Shown in pieces: positions 1 through 10,601 of a DNA stretch of 64,000 nucleotides; within the stretch, counting starts at the first letter, position 1, and each line of letters starts with the position of its first letter. Source of the stretch: an uncultured Veillonellaceae bacterium. Its GTDB lineage: Bacteria > Bacillota > Negativicutes > JARBTT01. The stretch is from positions 1,440,001 through 1,504,000 of the forward strand of contig CAWDTA010000002.1 of the NCBI GenBank assembly GCA_963805085.1, written 5' to 3'. Below the pieces are notes generated by a model, which did no database searches, was not told the origin of the DNA, and saw nothing but the letters and a program-made list of their open reading frames with translations. The position numbers and the translations under genes are program-made.

Positions 1-6
1 GGAAAT

Positions 7-210
7 GTGATAGCAGTTATTACTGCGTCGCTACTTTTTGGTTTTGCTCACTATGCAGGGGGAATAGAATATAGTATATGGGGTACTTTTGCTGGACTGG
101 GATACGGCTTGATTTATCAGAAAACCAGGCGAATTGAGTCTAGTATATTGATGCATTTTTGTTTAAATTTGACCCATTTTCTGTTTTTTACATATCCTGC
201 TCTGGCGTAA
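7..210 (+). CDS. CPBP/CAAX (Abi) family intramembrane protease, C-terminal part (begins before window)
   Basis: SLLFGFAH and H-x3-N (MHFCLN) motifs, hydrophobic. Confidence 0.8.
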   Translation: MIAVITASLLFGFAHYAGGIEYSIWGTFAGLGYGLIYQKTRRIESSILMHFCLNLTHFLFFTYPALA

Positions 211-220
211 GAGTACCAGA

Positions 221-446
221 AGGAGCGTTTCTTAATTGTCATGGTACTTCTGGTTTGACCTTTATGAATTATTGATAAAAAATAGCTTAGATCAGTGAGA
301 CTAAATAGAATATAAACAGTAAAAAGGAAAATCATACTCAATTATGTATGATTTTGGCGAAAAATTGAGGTTTCATGAGAGTGTGTAAGTTTAATAGCTA
401 AAAGTCGATGGTTAAGGGATAGAATAAGGAACGTCCTCGCCTGTCC
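221..446 (+). repeat. Array repeat copy 1 (diverged; core starts at 302)
   Basis: taaatagaatataaacagtaaaaagg...tttcatgagagtgtgtaagtttaat...aaggaacgtcctcgcctgtcc; 5' arm aggagcgtttctt. Confidence 0.85.
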
Positions 447-657
447 GTAGATATTTGTCAGGTTATGGTTCATACGTTATTAGTAAGATGACTTATAAAT
501 ATTTAGGGACGAAAAGGATTTCATCATCTATAAGGAATTAAATAGTAAATGTCTTTTTGGTTGATTGGAGTTGATAAATATGAGTGTACCAATGAAAATA
601 ATTTAAATAAAGGCGTAAAAGCGCCAATTTGGAGAATGATGCAGGAGGGAGAGAACA

Positions 658-815
658 ATGGCTAATGTGACTGCCAATGGAATTCAGATGAAGTATGATA
701 CTTTCGACGATAGGTCTTCTTCAGTCTTACTATTAATCGCCAGCAATGGTGCCAACTGCTTCTCTGGGATGCTGGGTTTTGCGAATTATTAGCAAAAATG
801 GGCCTTTTTTTTATT
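658..815 (+). pseudogene. alpha/beta hydrolase N-terminal fragment
   Basis: RBS ggaggg; MANVTANGIQMKYDTF...LLLI, then frameshift to QLLLWDAGFCELLAK. Confidence 0.6.
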
Positions 816-1180
816 ACAGAGAGAATTCCATAGGGCATACCGTGAAGACTCCGAATTTCCAATTATTATTCTTTTCTAAGCGCATACTCCCGGAACAAAA
901 ATATCTATATTGTACGAAGCACTAGGCTAAATAATTTAGGCAGTAACTATCGTGGACGTTCCATAAGCATCGATAAAATATCAAACAATAGCTTCCGCTG
1001 CTCTAATGATAAGGAGCTCATTACTTTATCTGAAGCGGAACTCATTACCGATAGATATATTTTAGAAGAAAAGTTAAGTCAGTGTTAAATATAGATAGAA
1101 TAGCTGACCGCTATCACATTGTAAAATAAATTACCTCATAGCGATATATTTTGAAAAAAACTCCTGCTAAATAATATAAA

Positions 1181-1238
1181 TAAAATGTACCCTATAGAGT
1201 AGACTTCTCTCATTGTCTACTCTATAGGGTACATTTTA
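1181..1238. repeat. Perfect 24-bp inverted repeat with 10-nt loop (mini-element or terminator)
   Basis: taaaatgtaccctatagagtagac-ttctctcatt-gtctactctatagggtacatttta. Confidence 0.85.
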
Positions 1239-1266
1239 GAATCCGGCAGGAGTTCCCTTTTAGCCA

Positions 1267-1818
1267 TCATTTTATAAGATCGAAACTTTTATTTAACCAA
1301 CAGATATAACTTTCCTCACGCGATATAGCTTTGGTAAGAATAAGGTAATCTGTTAGTTCTTCTGCATCTAAATCGTATGGATTCTTGTTGTCACTAAAAT
1401 GTAAAGTGAATTGCTTGTTTAAATACGATAATTTTTCCGTTCTTAATTTTAGCTGATTTTTGAATAAGAATGGAATGTCCTCTTTAGGAATATGTTTCAA
1501 AAAATATATTTTTAAAACAAAAACATCTTTTTCTGTTTCAATGCTATGATCTATTGCAAGCAGCCATGTCTGAAGTGCTTTTTTGCCCGCTGTTGTTAGT
1601 TTATAATTTTTCTTCTCGATTCTCACGCTAGATCTATCTATATGCTGAGAAATCAATTCTTCTTCTAATAGTTTTTTTAGCTCAACATAAATTTGGCTCT
1701 GCTTTGCGCTCCAAAACTGTCCAATCGCTTTCTGAAATTCAGCAGCAATATCGTAGCCGCTCATTTCTTGCTTACTCAATAGACCTAGTATTGCATATTT
1801 TAAAATTCGACGTCCCAC
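1267..1818 (-). CDS. padR: PadR family transcriptional repressor
   Basis: LKYAILGLL..SGYDI..SQIY.EL wHTH plus PadR C-terminal domain; divergent from padC. Confidence 0.9.
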   Translation of the reverse strand: MGRRILKYAILGLLSKQEMSGYDIAAEFQKAIGQFWSAKQSQIYVELKKLLEEELISQHIDRSSVRIEKKNYKLTTAGKKALQTWLLAIDHSIETEKDVFVLKIYFLKHIPKEDIPFLFKNQLKLRTEKLSYLNKQFTLHFSDNKNPYDLDAEELTDYLILTKAISREESYICWLNKSFDLIK

Positions 1819-1936
1819 TAAATAACCTCCATTATAATGATAAAAATTATAGATCTTCTAACTGATTAACTATCTAGGCAATGCTTTATCATTCTTTCTT
1901 GACAATATTATATCACAAGTATATATTAATCATACA

Positions 1937-1984
1937 AACATTTATATACAAACATTTATATATAAATGTTTGTATATAAATGTT
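1937..1984. promoter_or_regulatory. Perfect 48-bp palindrome in padR-padC intergenic region, probable PadR operator array
   Basis: aacatttatatacaaacatttata|tataaatgtttgtatataaatgtt, just downstream of TTGACA..TATATT. Confidence 0.65.
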
Positions 1985-2019
1985 ATACGTAAAAAAAATA
2001 TGATGAGGAGAAATGTATA

Positions 2020-2538
2020 ATGATAACATATGGACAATCTAGAGAAGCATTAAAGGATTTTTTAGGCAGCCACATAATTTATACCTATGAAAATGGATGG
2101 GAATATGAAATTTATATAAAAAATGACCATACCATTGATTATCGCATTCATAGTGGAATGGTAAAAGGCAGATGGGTTCGTAATCAAGAAGTTAATATTG
2201 TTAAGCTAATAGAAGGTGTTTATAAAGTTTCTTGGACTGAACCAACCGGAACAGATGTGTCCTTGAACTTTATGCTGAAGGAAAAACGTACACATGGAGC
2301 TATTTTTTTCCCAAAATGGGTGCATGAGCACCCGGAAATCACTGTCTGCTATCAAAATGATCATATTGGACTAATGGAAGAATCACGAAATAAATATGAT
2401 ACTTATCCTAAATATGTGTTAGATGAATTTTCAGAGATTACCTTTCTAGAATATGTAGGAGAAAATAATGAAAATTTGATTTCTATCCCTCCCTATGATG
2501 GAATGACAGATGATATTCGTGCTGGAAAATTAAAATAA
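2020..2538 (+). CDS. padC: Phenolic acid decarboxylase
   Basis: [30 protein letters not shown] motifs. Confidence 0.95.
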   Translation: MITYGQSREALKDFLGSHIIYTYENGWEYEIYIKNDHTIDYRIHSGMVKGRWVRNQEVNIVKLIEGVYKVSWTEPTGTDVSLNFMLKEKRTHGAIFFPKWVHEHPEITVCYQNDHIGLMEESRNKYDTYPKYVLDEFSEITFLEYVGENNENLISIPPYDGMTDDIRAGKLK

Positions 2539-2679
2539 TCGAGTAAGAGTTAAATAATTGTTTCGGTGACGGATGAAGATGAGCTTAATTGTTTTACCAT
2601 TTTTTTTATCAACATTATTTCTGATTTCATCCAAATGAGTTATTGACGAACCACTAATAAAGATTAGCGTTGATGTCGT

Positions 2680-2852
2680 TAAATAGAATATAAACACTAA
2701 AAAGAAACAACTGCTGAATTCTGTATGAATTTGGCAGTTGTTTTGAGCTTTTATGAGAATATGTAAGTTTAATATCATAAAGTTGATGGTAAGGTTGGCG
2801 CGGGCGAAGTGACGGAATAGTGGGACAAGAAAACAACCTGTCCCCTTGTCCC
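2680..2852 (+). repeat. Array repeat copy 2 (internally deleted long variant)
   Basis: Core plus gggacaagaaaacaacctgtccccttgtccc; compensatory stem change aaacaactgc/gcagttgttt. Confidence 0.9.
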
Positions 2853-2914
2853 AGGGATAGGTAGGGAGGCAATGCAGGCTGTTAAGACACCAGAATTGCA
2901 AACCGTCACTTTGT

Positions 2915-3915
2915 CTACTTGATTTTTCTTCGGGTGAGATATCTTCTTGCAAAAATATGAGGAATAGCCACGCCTATGGCTATAGCAAGTATCGTGAGAT
3001 TTGCTATAACGCCACTTTGAAAAACTTGAATAAAAGATGAGATGTCCATTACATTTATATTAATGATGCCAAACATCAGGCGGTACATAAAAACCCCGGG
3101 AATCATAGGGATGACAGAAGGAAGCGTTATCACATGCATCGGAGTGTGTATATAATGTACAGCTTTTATCGCAATAAGGCTCACGAACATGGCGCCGACA
3201 AAAGATCCCACAGGCAGACCCATATCCAGATCGAAAGTTATGAAATTTCTTGTACATACGGATATCATCCCGCCTATCGCGACTACCCATAAGAGCCGTC
3301 TGGGAACATTAAAAATTGTTGAGAAGCCGATCGAAGCTATCGCAGCCGATATTGCATAGACTAGATAAGAACTGTCGGGACGCGTATTTATCATCGTAAA
3401 ATCTTCTACCTGACATAGTTTAATGGCAAGTACGATACCAAAACTCATGCTGCCGACCATCAATATGGTGTTTACCGCTCGAGTTATACCGGAGACGATA
3501 TAATTGTCCAGCATGTCATCGACGGAATTTATTAGAGGTATGCCAGGAACGATAAACAAAGCACAGGCTAAAAGAGGATGCCACGGTATCGAGGATCATG
3601 GAATAAAATGTGTGAGATAAGCCAGCAGTGTAGAAATAAATGAAGCAATTGCGATAGAGGCATAAGGATTTATAGAAAGCTTATTACAATAAAGGCGCAG
3701 ACTAAAACCGAGTGAAGCGCAACATGTGGTGTAAAAAAACGATAACCAATCCCCGCCAAATAGTTTACAGAATCCGCCACAGGCTAATCCTGCGCCAACG
3801 GCAATAAATGTAGTTGTATATTGCTTTTTCCCATTTATTATTTTATTTAATTCTTCCTTATACTCATTGAGTGTATAGCTTTTTTCTATTGCTCGCCAAG
3901 ATAATTTGCTTATTT
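2915..3915 (-). pseudogene. ThrE family threonine/serine exporter, 5'-truncated and frameshifted
   Basis: ORF 2915-3559 (VPGIPLINS, IPMIPG); homologous reading (GLACGGFCKLFGGDW) continues upstream in another frame to ~3915. Confidence 0.75.
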
Positions 3916-3976
3916 ATTACAAAAAGATAAAAAAGTTTTATCTGTATAAAAATGCTGGGTATAGGATCAGTCACCA

Positions 3977-4047
3977 AGGTTTTAGGAGAATATGTAAGTT
4001 TAATATCAAAAAGTTAATGGCAAGGTGACGGAAGAGGAACGTCCCCC
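3977..4047 (+). repeat. Array repeat copy 3 (3' half)
   Basis: gagaatatgtaagtttaatatcaaaaagttaatggcaaggtgacggaagaggaacgtccccc. Confidence 0.9.
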
Positions 4048-4328
4048 ACTATCCAGGGTGGCAAAGGGGATGGAACGACTGTGCAGGCCAGATGATACAA
4101 TTGGTGATGCCCATGGTGTAAATCAAACTTCAATCGGCATTGTATTTATTGGTGAATGATAACGCGAAATTCGTGGGAAAATATTGATACAAAAGAAACA
4201 TCACCGTTATTGTTTTTAGTTATAATATGGTATATAATTAAAATTATTGAATTATATACCATATTATAACTGCTGGTTCATTTAATTAATTAAATGAAAT
4301 ATATTTGATAGTTATAATTAATGGGGGG

Positions 4329-4790
4329 ATGGGATTAAAAATATTTCAAGTGGATGCTTTTACAAATGAAACGTTCAAGGGTAATCCTTGCAGGAGATTG
4401 TATTTTGAAATTTCAACCTAGTAGTGAAGTAAGTTTGTGTGGACATGCGACACTAGCAAGTGCCCACATAATTTACGAAACTGGTCTGAAAAAGAGAAAA
4501 AAAGAGTGAATTTCTTGTTTTTTTTTGCATCGGCGGCTGGAAATAATGAAGATCCAACGGCTCATCTCATTGTTTATTAGGTCCATATTGGAAGATGAAG
4601 CGTGAAAGAGACAAATTCTTTGCATATCAGACTTCGCAAAGAGGTGGTTATATGGGAGTAAGAGTTGCTTCTGATAGGTTTTTTTAACAGGTAGTGTGGT
4701 TACAGTGGAGAGCCAATGTCGGGTTTTTCTGTCGCTTAAAGCACCTAAAATGTAATGATCAAGCGTTATTGTGAAACTATAATCAGATGT
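4329..4790 (+). pseudogene. PhzF family epimerase remnant with internal deletions
   Basis: FQVDAFT..F.GNP and EVSLCGHATLASAH motifs in broken frames. Confidence 0.75.
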
Positions 4791-4942
4791 TTTATCCACC
4801 AATAGAAATAAAAAAAGCTGGCTTTTGGGATATGAAAATCCAATGGGGTACTCAATCAGGATGGTTAGGCATAATAATAGTTGCCATTATTGGGTCATTG
4901 ACTGAAAAAGCTGGTCTATTGTAATTAAGGAGGAATGTAATT

Positions 4943-5686
4943 TTGCATAAATATCTACTTAAAAAGGACACGAAAGACTTACGGGATCATATTTTTTATT
5001 CGAAGTGTTATAAAGTACCGGAAAAGTTGCCTGTACAGGTGGATTTACGGAGTACATGTAGTCCGGTTGTCGATCAGGGGAATCTGGGCTCTTGTACAGC
5101 AAATGCAATTGTCAGTGGACTACGCGAATATATGCTTGAAAATAAAAATGATTGGGTATCTTTGTCCCGGTTATTTCTCTACTGGGAGGAAAGAAAGATT
5201 GAAGGAACAGTTAGCGAGGATAGTGGGGCTAAAATTCGTGATGGCATGAAAGTACTGAAAAAAATCGGCGTATGCCCAGAAACAGACTGGCCATATGATA
5301 TTTCAACTTTCTCTAATACGCCGACAGATCAGGATGTTGCTGATGCAGCACCCTATAAGATATCTGAATACCACCGTATCATTTCTTTGGATCAGCTGAA
5401 AACGGCTGTCGCTGAAAGTCTGCCCGTAGTTATCGGCATCGATGTTTATTCGTCATTTGAAAGTGACGAAGTAGCCGCTAATGGGATTGTACCAATGCCA
5501 GATAAGGCTAAAGATCGATTATTGGGCGGGCACGCGGTTTTGGTAGTCGGCTACGACGATACTAAGAATCAACTGATAGTTAGAAACTCTTGGGGAATTT
5601 CATGGGGAGACAAAGGATATTTTTACCTGCCATACGATTACTATAATCAAGGCTATGTTAGTGATTGCTGGACTAGTTTTGGGTAA
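4943..5686 (+). CDS. C1 (papain-like) cysteine peptidase
   Basis: DQG.LGSC, GGHA, RNSWG..WGDKGY motifs. Confidence 0.92.
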   Translation: MHKYLLKKDTKDLRDHIFYSKCYKVPEKLPVQVDLRSTCSPVVDQGNLGSCTANAIVSGLREYMLENKNDWVSLSRLFLYWEERKIEGTVSEDSGAKIRDGMKVLKKIGVCPETDWPYDISTFSNTPTDQDVADAAPYKISEYHRIISLDQLKTAVAESLPVVIGIDVYSSFESDEVAANGIVPMPDKAKDRLLGGHAVLVVGYDDTKNQLIVRNSWGISWGDKGYFYLPYDYYNQGYVSDCWTSFG

Positions 5687-5764
5687 ATAATGTAAATTAA
5701 CGAGATGTTGGACCATGCTTATGAGGAACACATTGGCAGACTGTTTATATCTTTTATTATTGTC

Positions 5765-5885
5765 GCGCGTCCAGCAAAGCTGGACTGTGCTAGTAGGTGA
5801 AAGTCCCATCCCGGTAACTACCAAGTAGAGGCCGGATAGCAAATCCCGGTGCGTCGCCGAAATGCGGGGTGCTAAGCGGGAGGAT
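5765..5885 (+). mobile_element. Probable group II intron 5' (domain I) remnant
   Basis: gcgcgtccagc..ctggac..aggtgaaagtcc GC-rich structured stretch resembling group II intron 5' ends (GUGYG with one mismatch). Confidence 0.5.
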
Positions 5886-6052
5886 AAATTATCATCCTTT
5901 ACATCTGTTTGAGTACTTTTTTATACTTCCCATTTCTTAAAAATTTATTTCTAATACATGGTGATAGAGTACAGTGCTTCAAAAATTCGGACACTGTCCT
6001 TTCGTCGGTTGAAAATTTGGTAAGTCATTAATAAAAACTGGCGGAAATATGC

Positions 6053-6188
6053 TAATAGAATATAAACAGTAAAAATGAAACTCCTACTGAATTCTGTATG
6101 AATTTGGCAGGAGTTTTGAGCTTTTATGAGAATATGTATGTTTAGTATCAAAAAATTGATGGCAAGATAATGGAAAAGCAACGTCCCC
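6053..6188 (+). repeat. Array repeat copy 4
   Basis: Full core to aagcaacgtcccc. Confidence 0.92.
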
Positions 6189-6447
6189 GGCTATCCCCAA
6201 CGGGAAGTATCATACGCCGGATTAAATGCCCGTCAGCTTGAAAACGAGAAACTCAACAGAATGTTCGGCGGCAAGGGTGAAATGAAACAATTAGAGACAA
6301 GAACAATAGATAAATACGAAAGGAGCGTTGTCTTATCACGAAAGGTGCATTGGAGTCGGTTTTGTGCGTAGCAAGGGCTATCGCATAATTCAAATATGAG
6401 GATAGTCCTTGCGTAATCCTATTTTTTGATTATTTAGGAGGCGCACA

Positions 6448-6717
6448 ATGGGCTATAAAAATGCAATCTGTGTATTGCCAGATGATTTGATTATGGCAAT
6501 ACAACAACATATTGACGGCGAATATCTTTATATTCCTCGTAAAGAAGAAAACAAAAAAGGTTGGGGCGAATTAAGTAATAGTAGACAATTGCTTGACGAA
6601 CGTAACGCAACCATTTTTACGGAATACCAGCGTGGTACACCTGTTAAGCAACTGGCAAATACGTTTTATTTGTCGCCAAAGACCGTATATAAGATATTAT
6701 CTGAAATGAAGAAATGA
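6448..6717 (+). CDS. CD3324-family / Mor-like HTH protein
   Basis: MGYKNA..VLP..L...IQ..IDGEYLYIP, C-terminal HTH. Confidence 0.75.
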   Translation: MGYKNAICVLPDDLIMAIQQHIDGEYLYIPRKEENKKGWGELSNSRQLLDERNATIFTEYQRGTPVKQLANTFYLSPKTVYKILSEMKK

Positions 6718-6729
6718 TAAATAGACCTT

Positions 6730-6765
6730 AAAGGCGGCATGGCAGATTTGTCATGCCGCTTTTTG
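6730..6765 (+). terminator. Rho-independent terminator
   Basis: gcggcatggcag-att-tgtcatgccgc followed by ttttt. Confidence 0.7.
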
Positions 6766-6868
6766 CTTCTGTATCGTTTAGTAGGGAGCTTTTATAAAAG
6801 GAACGGGGTATAATTTAACTATGCAAAAGCAATAAAGTAAATAAAAGATAAGATAAGGAGCAATCACA

Positions 6869-7588
6869 ATGGAGTATCCAAAAAGCCAAAAGTACAATAC
6901 CCCCGAATTGCTGGCTAAAATTATGGGGCCTAACCCGTTCAAATTGCAGGAAGAAATGCTGCTAAATCATAAAATCCCCGCTGGGAGTCTCGTCTGCGAC
7001 CTCGGAAGCGGACAAGGGCTTACAAGCGTGATGCTCGCAAAAGATTATGGCTTCACTGTTTACTCCGCTGATTTGTGGAGCGAGCCGCAGGAAAACCGTA
7101 GATTTTTTTATCAAATGGGATTAACCCTTGAACAGATTACAACCGTTAAGGCTGACGCCACCGACTTGCCCTTTGAAAAAGAATTTTTCGATGCGGTAGT
7201 CAGCACAGATTCCTATAACTATTGGGGACGTGACCCAAAATACTTGGACGAAAAACTACTGCCCTTTGTCAAACACGGTGGATATATTTACTGCTGCGTA
7301 CCCGGCCTGAAAAAAGATTGCCATGATAACCTGCCGAAAGAATTGCTTCTCTCGTGGACACCGGAGCAGCTTGCCTATCTGTGCGATATTGCTTATTGGA
7401 CGGAAATAGTGAATAGCAGCCGTGATGCAGAGGTAATTTCCATATACGAAATGGAAAGCAACGAGAACGTTTGGATGGATTGGCTGAACCAAGAAGAAAA
7501 TGAGATTGCGGTTAATGACCGCAAAACAATGAACGCAGGCGGCGGGAAATATCTGAACTTTATCGCTTTCGCCTTGCGAAAAAAATAA
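6869..7588 (+). CDS. Class I SAM-dependent methyltransferase
   Basis: DLGSGQG motif I, ADA..LPF...FDAV. Confidence 0.88.
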   Translation: MEYPKSQKYNTPELLAKIMGPNPFKLQEEMLLNHKIPAGSLVCDLGSGQGLTSVMLAKDYGFTVYSADLWSEPQENRRFFYQMGLTLEQITTVKADATDLPFEKEFFDAVVSTDSYNYWGRDPKYLDEKLLPFVKHGGYIYCCVPGLKKDCHDNLPKELLLSWTPEQLAYLCDIAYWTEIVNSSRDAEVISIYEMESNENVWMDWLNQEENEIAVNDRKTMNAGGGKYLNFIAFALRKK

Positions 7589-7695
7589 TTGAGCCGGACG
7601 CTACTGTCTATGCAAAAAGATTGATAAAGAAGTGAAAAGAACCTAACAAATAGCTTCTATCCCAAAATGCCGCCAGACAACGGGAATAGGACAGA

Positions 7696-7912
7696 AGGGA
7701 CGCTTATTTTTTGTCATGTTACTTCTGACTTTTATGAAGTATTGATAAAAATAGCTTAGGACAGTGATGCTGAATAGAATATGACCACAAAAAAGGAACT
7801 CCTGCTGGATTTTGTATGAATTTGGCAGGAGTTTTATGTTTTTATGAGAATATGTAAGTTTAATATCAAAAAGTGATGGCAAGACGACAGAAAGGGAATG
7901 TTCTTGATTGTC
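7696..7912 (+). repeat. Array repeat copy 5 with 5' arm agggacgcttatt
   Basis: Core 7772-7903. Confidence 0.9.
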
Positions 7913-7941
7913 CGATTGTCACCTGAAGCGAGGCCCTACTA

Positions 7942-8889
7942 ATGGACAAATTAATTAATTCTCCTTATATGTTTTTTAATCGCGCTGAATGGGAAAATTT
8001 GCGAATGGCTACGCCACTTCCATTATCGGAAGATGATTTAATTCGAATTCATGGAATTAATGAGAAGATTTCTCTAGAAGAAATATCACAAGTTTATCTT
8101 CCAATATCTAGACTTCTAAATTTATATGTATTAGATACACATAGGCTCTATAATGTTACTAATACATTTCTTGGTACTTTATCGAAAAAAGTTCCGTACA
8201 TTATTGGTATTGCTGGTAGTGTCGCTGTTGGAAAAAGTACAACGGGGCGTATTGTTCAAGAGTTATTGAAAAGTTGGCCAACCAAGCCAAGCGTTGATTT
8301 AGTTACAACAGATAGTTTTTTATATCCTAATGAAGTATTGGAAGACCGAGGTATTATGAATAAAAAAGGTTTTCCTAAAAGTTATGATGCTCAGAGACTA
8401 ATTGATTTCTTAAGAGATGTCAAATCCGGGTGTTCAGATGTAAAAGTTCCGATATATTCTCATTCATTTTATGACATTATTCCTCATAAATTTAAAGTTT
8501 TAAGTACTCCAGACATTTTAATTGTTGAAGGACTAAACGTTTTACAGACACCCAATGTAGATCATATAATTTCTAAATCCCATTTATACATTTCTGATTT
8601 TCTTGATTTTTCCATTTATGTTCACGCGGATTCAAAAAATATTAAGCAATGGTATATTGAACGATTTCAGATATTGCGACGCACTGCCTTTCAAGATGAG
8701 ACTTCATATTTTCATCGTTATGCTCAAATGTCAGACAAAGAGACAGAATTATTGGCAGAGAAAATATGGGAAGAAATAAATGGAGTTAATTTAGAGGAAA
8801 ATATTCATCCGACGATGCGTCGCGCACGCTTGATCATTAAAAAGGGGGACGATCATTCCGTTCAAAAAATATGTTTGCGAAAGTTATAA
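7942..8889 (+). CDS. coaA: Type I pantothenate kinase
   Basis: GIAGSVAVGKST P-loop, KKGFP.SYD, ILIVEGLNVLQ. Confidence 0.93.
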   Translation: MDKLINSPYMFFNRAEWENLRMATPLPLSEDDLIRIHGINEKISLEEISQVYLPISRLLNLYVLDTHRLYNVTNTFLGTLSKKVPYIIGIAGSVAVGKSTTGRIVQELLKSWPTKPSVDLVTTDSFLYPNEVLEDRGIMNKKGFPKSYDAQRLIDFLRDVKSGCSDVKVPIYSHSFYDIIPHKFKVLSTPDILIVEGLNVLQTPNVDHIISKSHLYISDFLDFSIYVHADSKNIKQWYIERFQILRRTAFQDETSYFHRYAQMSDKETELLAEKIWEEINGVNLEENIHPTMRRARLIIKKGDDHSVQKICLRKL

Positions 8890-9046
8890 CCATTTTACTA
8901 GGAGTCCGCTGATGGACAGAAGAGAAGTTCTTTTTTTATGAAACTTTGACAATTCGTTAAAAAAGATTGGTGGCAATAACGGTAAATAGAATATAAAGAA
9001 ACACAGGGACAAGGAAGAAAGTACTGTATGTAAATGGTAATGTGAA

Positions 9047-9117
9047 GAGCCGGATGCCTTAATTGGGCACGTCTGGTTCTGTGAGGGCTTGGGGTTGCAA
9101 AGCCCCGGATACTCGAT
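9047..9117 (+). mobile_element. Group II intron 3' end (domains V-VI) remnant
   Basis: gagccggatgccttaattgggcacgtctggttc DV; tgtgagggcttggggttgcaaagccccggatactcgat DVI ending in AT. Confidence 0.85.
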
Positions 9118-9200
9118 CCTTGTCTTCTTTCTAATTCTATTTCTGATTTTATCATCATGGACTTTTGATAATCCATTAGTATAGATTCATGGGTTATTGC

Positions 9201-9337
9201 TAAATAGAATATAAATACTAAAAAGGAAACTCCTGCTAAAAATTTGTACTAATTTGGAAGGAGTTTTAATTTTTTGTGAGAATATGTAAATTTAATAGAT
9301 ACGGTTTAATGGCAAAGTGACGAAAAATGAGCGTCAC
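9201..9337 (+). repeat. Array repeat copy 6 (diverged)
   Basis: taaatagaatataaatactaaaaaggaaactcctgc...gagaatatgtaaatttaat...gtgacgaaaaatgagcgtcac. Confidence 0.85.
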
Positions 9338-9437
9338 TGTCTGTTTTTCAATATAAAAGATTAAGACCCCAAAACCGTCATCTTGTCTATATATATTTTA
9401 TCGCTTTGTATAACCAAGCAGGAAAAGGGGTTAAAGT

Positions 9438-9885
9438 ATGAGGTTAAAGGATTTAACAATTAAAGAGCTCATTCGTTTGAATATCGATGCAAAAAATTGG
9501 GAAGATGCAATCCGCCAAGCAGCAGATGCTCTATTACAAAATAGGAAGATAAAGCCATCCTATATTGAGGCAATTATAAGAACGGTTAAAGAAGTTGGGC
9601 CATATATCGTGTTAACAAAGCACGTTGCCTTGCCTCATGCTTGATCTGAGGATGGAGTAATTGAAAAGTGCCATTGGTATTACAACATTGATACAGCCGG
9701 TTGTATTTGGAAATAAAGAAAATGATCCTGTAAAATATTTGTGCTTTCTGAGTGCCAAAGATAGTGAAAGCCATATCAATGCTTTGACAGAATTGACAGG
9801 GCTATTGAAACGTGATGATTTTTATGAGTTTCTGGATCATGCTAAAGACGCCTCCGAGGTTATGCAATATATGAAAAATTTATGA
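9438..9885 (+). pseudogene. PTS sugar transporter IIA, interrupted just after the PHA motif
   Basis: GPYIV...VALPHA then TGA; downstream ORF 9661-9885 continues the domain (PVVFGNKENDPVK). Confidence 0.8.
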
Positions 9886-9901
9886 GGAAAAGGGTGGGCA
9901 A

Positions 9902-10183
9902 ATGGACTGTAAAGGGTTAGTTGTTTGTCGTGCAGGTGTAGGATTTAGTTTAATTCTGAAAATCAAACTGCAACAAGTTATTAATGAAAACAAGCTTCCA
10001 ATCAAGATTGAAAATGGGTCACTGGATGCGGTTGTAGATTTCAATGGAGCTTTAATTATTACGTTGAGCGATATTGCAAAGGAATTGGTAGCAAAGAAAT
10101 TGCCTCAGAAAATCATTGGTATTGACAATATTATGGACAAGGGCGAAATTCTGGCGAAGTTAAATGCTTTTCTTATTGTTTAG
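9902..10183 (+). CDS. PTS IIB component (UlaB-like)
   Basis: LVVCRAGVG.S motif; no IIC gene follows. Confidence 0.75.
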   Translation: MDCKGLVVCRAGVGFSLILKIKLQQVINENKLPIKIENGSLDAVVDFNGALIITLSDIAKELVAKKLPQKIIGIDNIMDKGEILAKLNAFLIV

Positions 10184-10601
10184 ATTTAATAGTCTTGAAA
10201 CTGCTAAAAGAACAATTTGTGGAATTGAAATAATGCATGTGATTAGAAAAGGGAGGTTGAAAGAATTCAGATTGCCCTTTTTGAGGGTGAATTAATAAAT
10301 AATATCATGAGTATAGTTGTTTAAATAGTAAATATTGGCACGGGATTAGACTGGTGACATTTTTGAAACAAAGTCAAAATCTCTTCTTGTTAAGTAAAAT
10401 ATTTAAATGATGAACAGTTGGAGCTTTGAAGAAAATACAGGGATTTTGCTGTTTTTGTTTATTGAGATTTGTAGTATATATGATTTTGACATATTTATTT
10501 TTTATATCATTAGTGTTTAATTTCACGGATACAAAATTACTGTATTTTGCTAATTAATTTAAATATGATATAAATGTAATAAAATTCAAAAGGAGAAAAA
10601 T

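Noticed and set aside
4218-4271. 22-bp AT-rich inverted repeat upstream of the phzF remnant
   Set aside because: Real but single-copy and very AT-rich; no function can be assigned beyond a possible operator.
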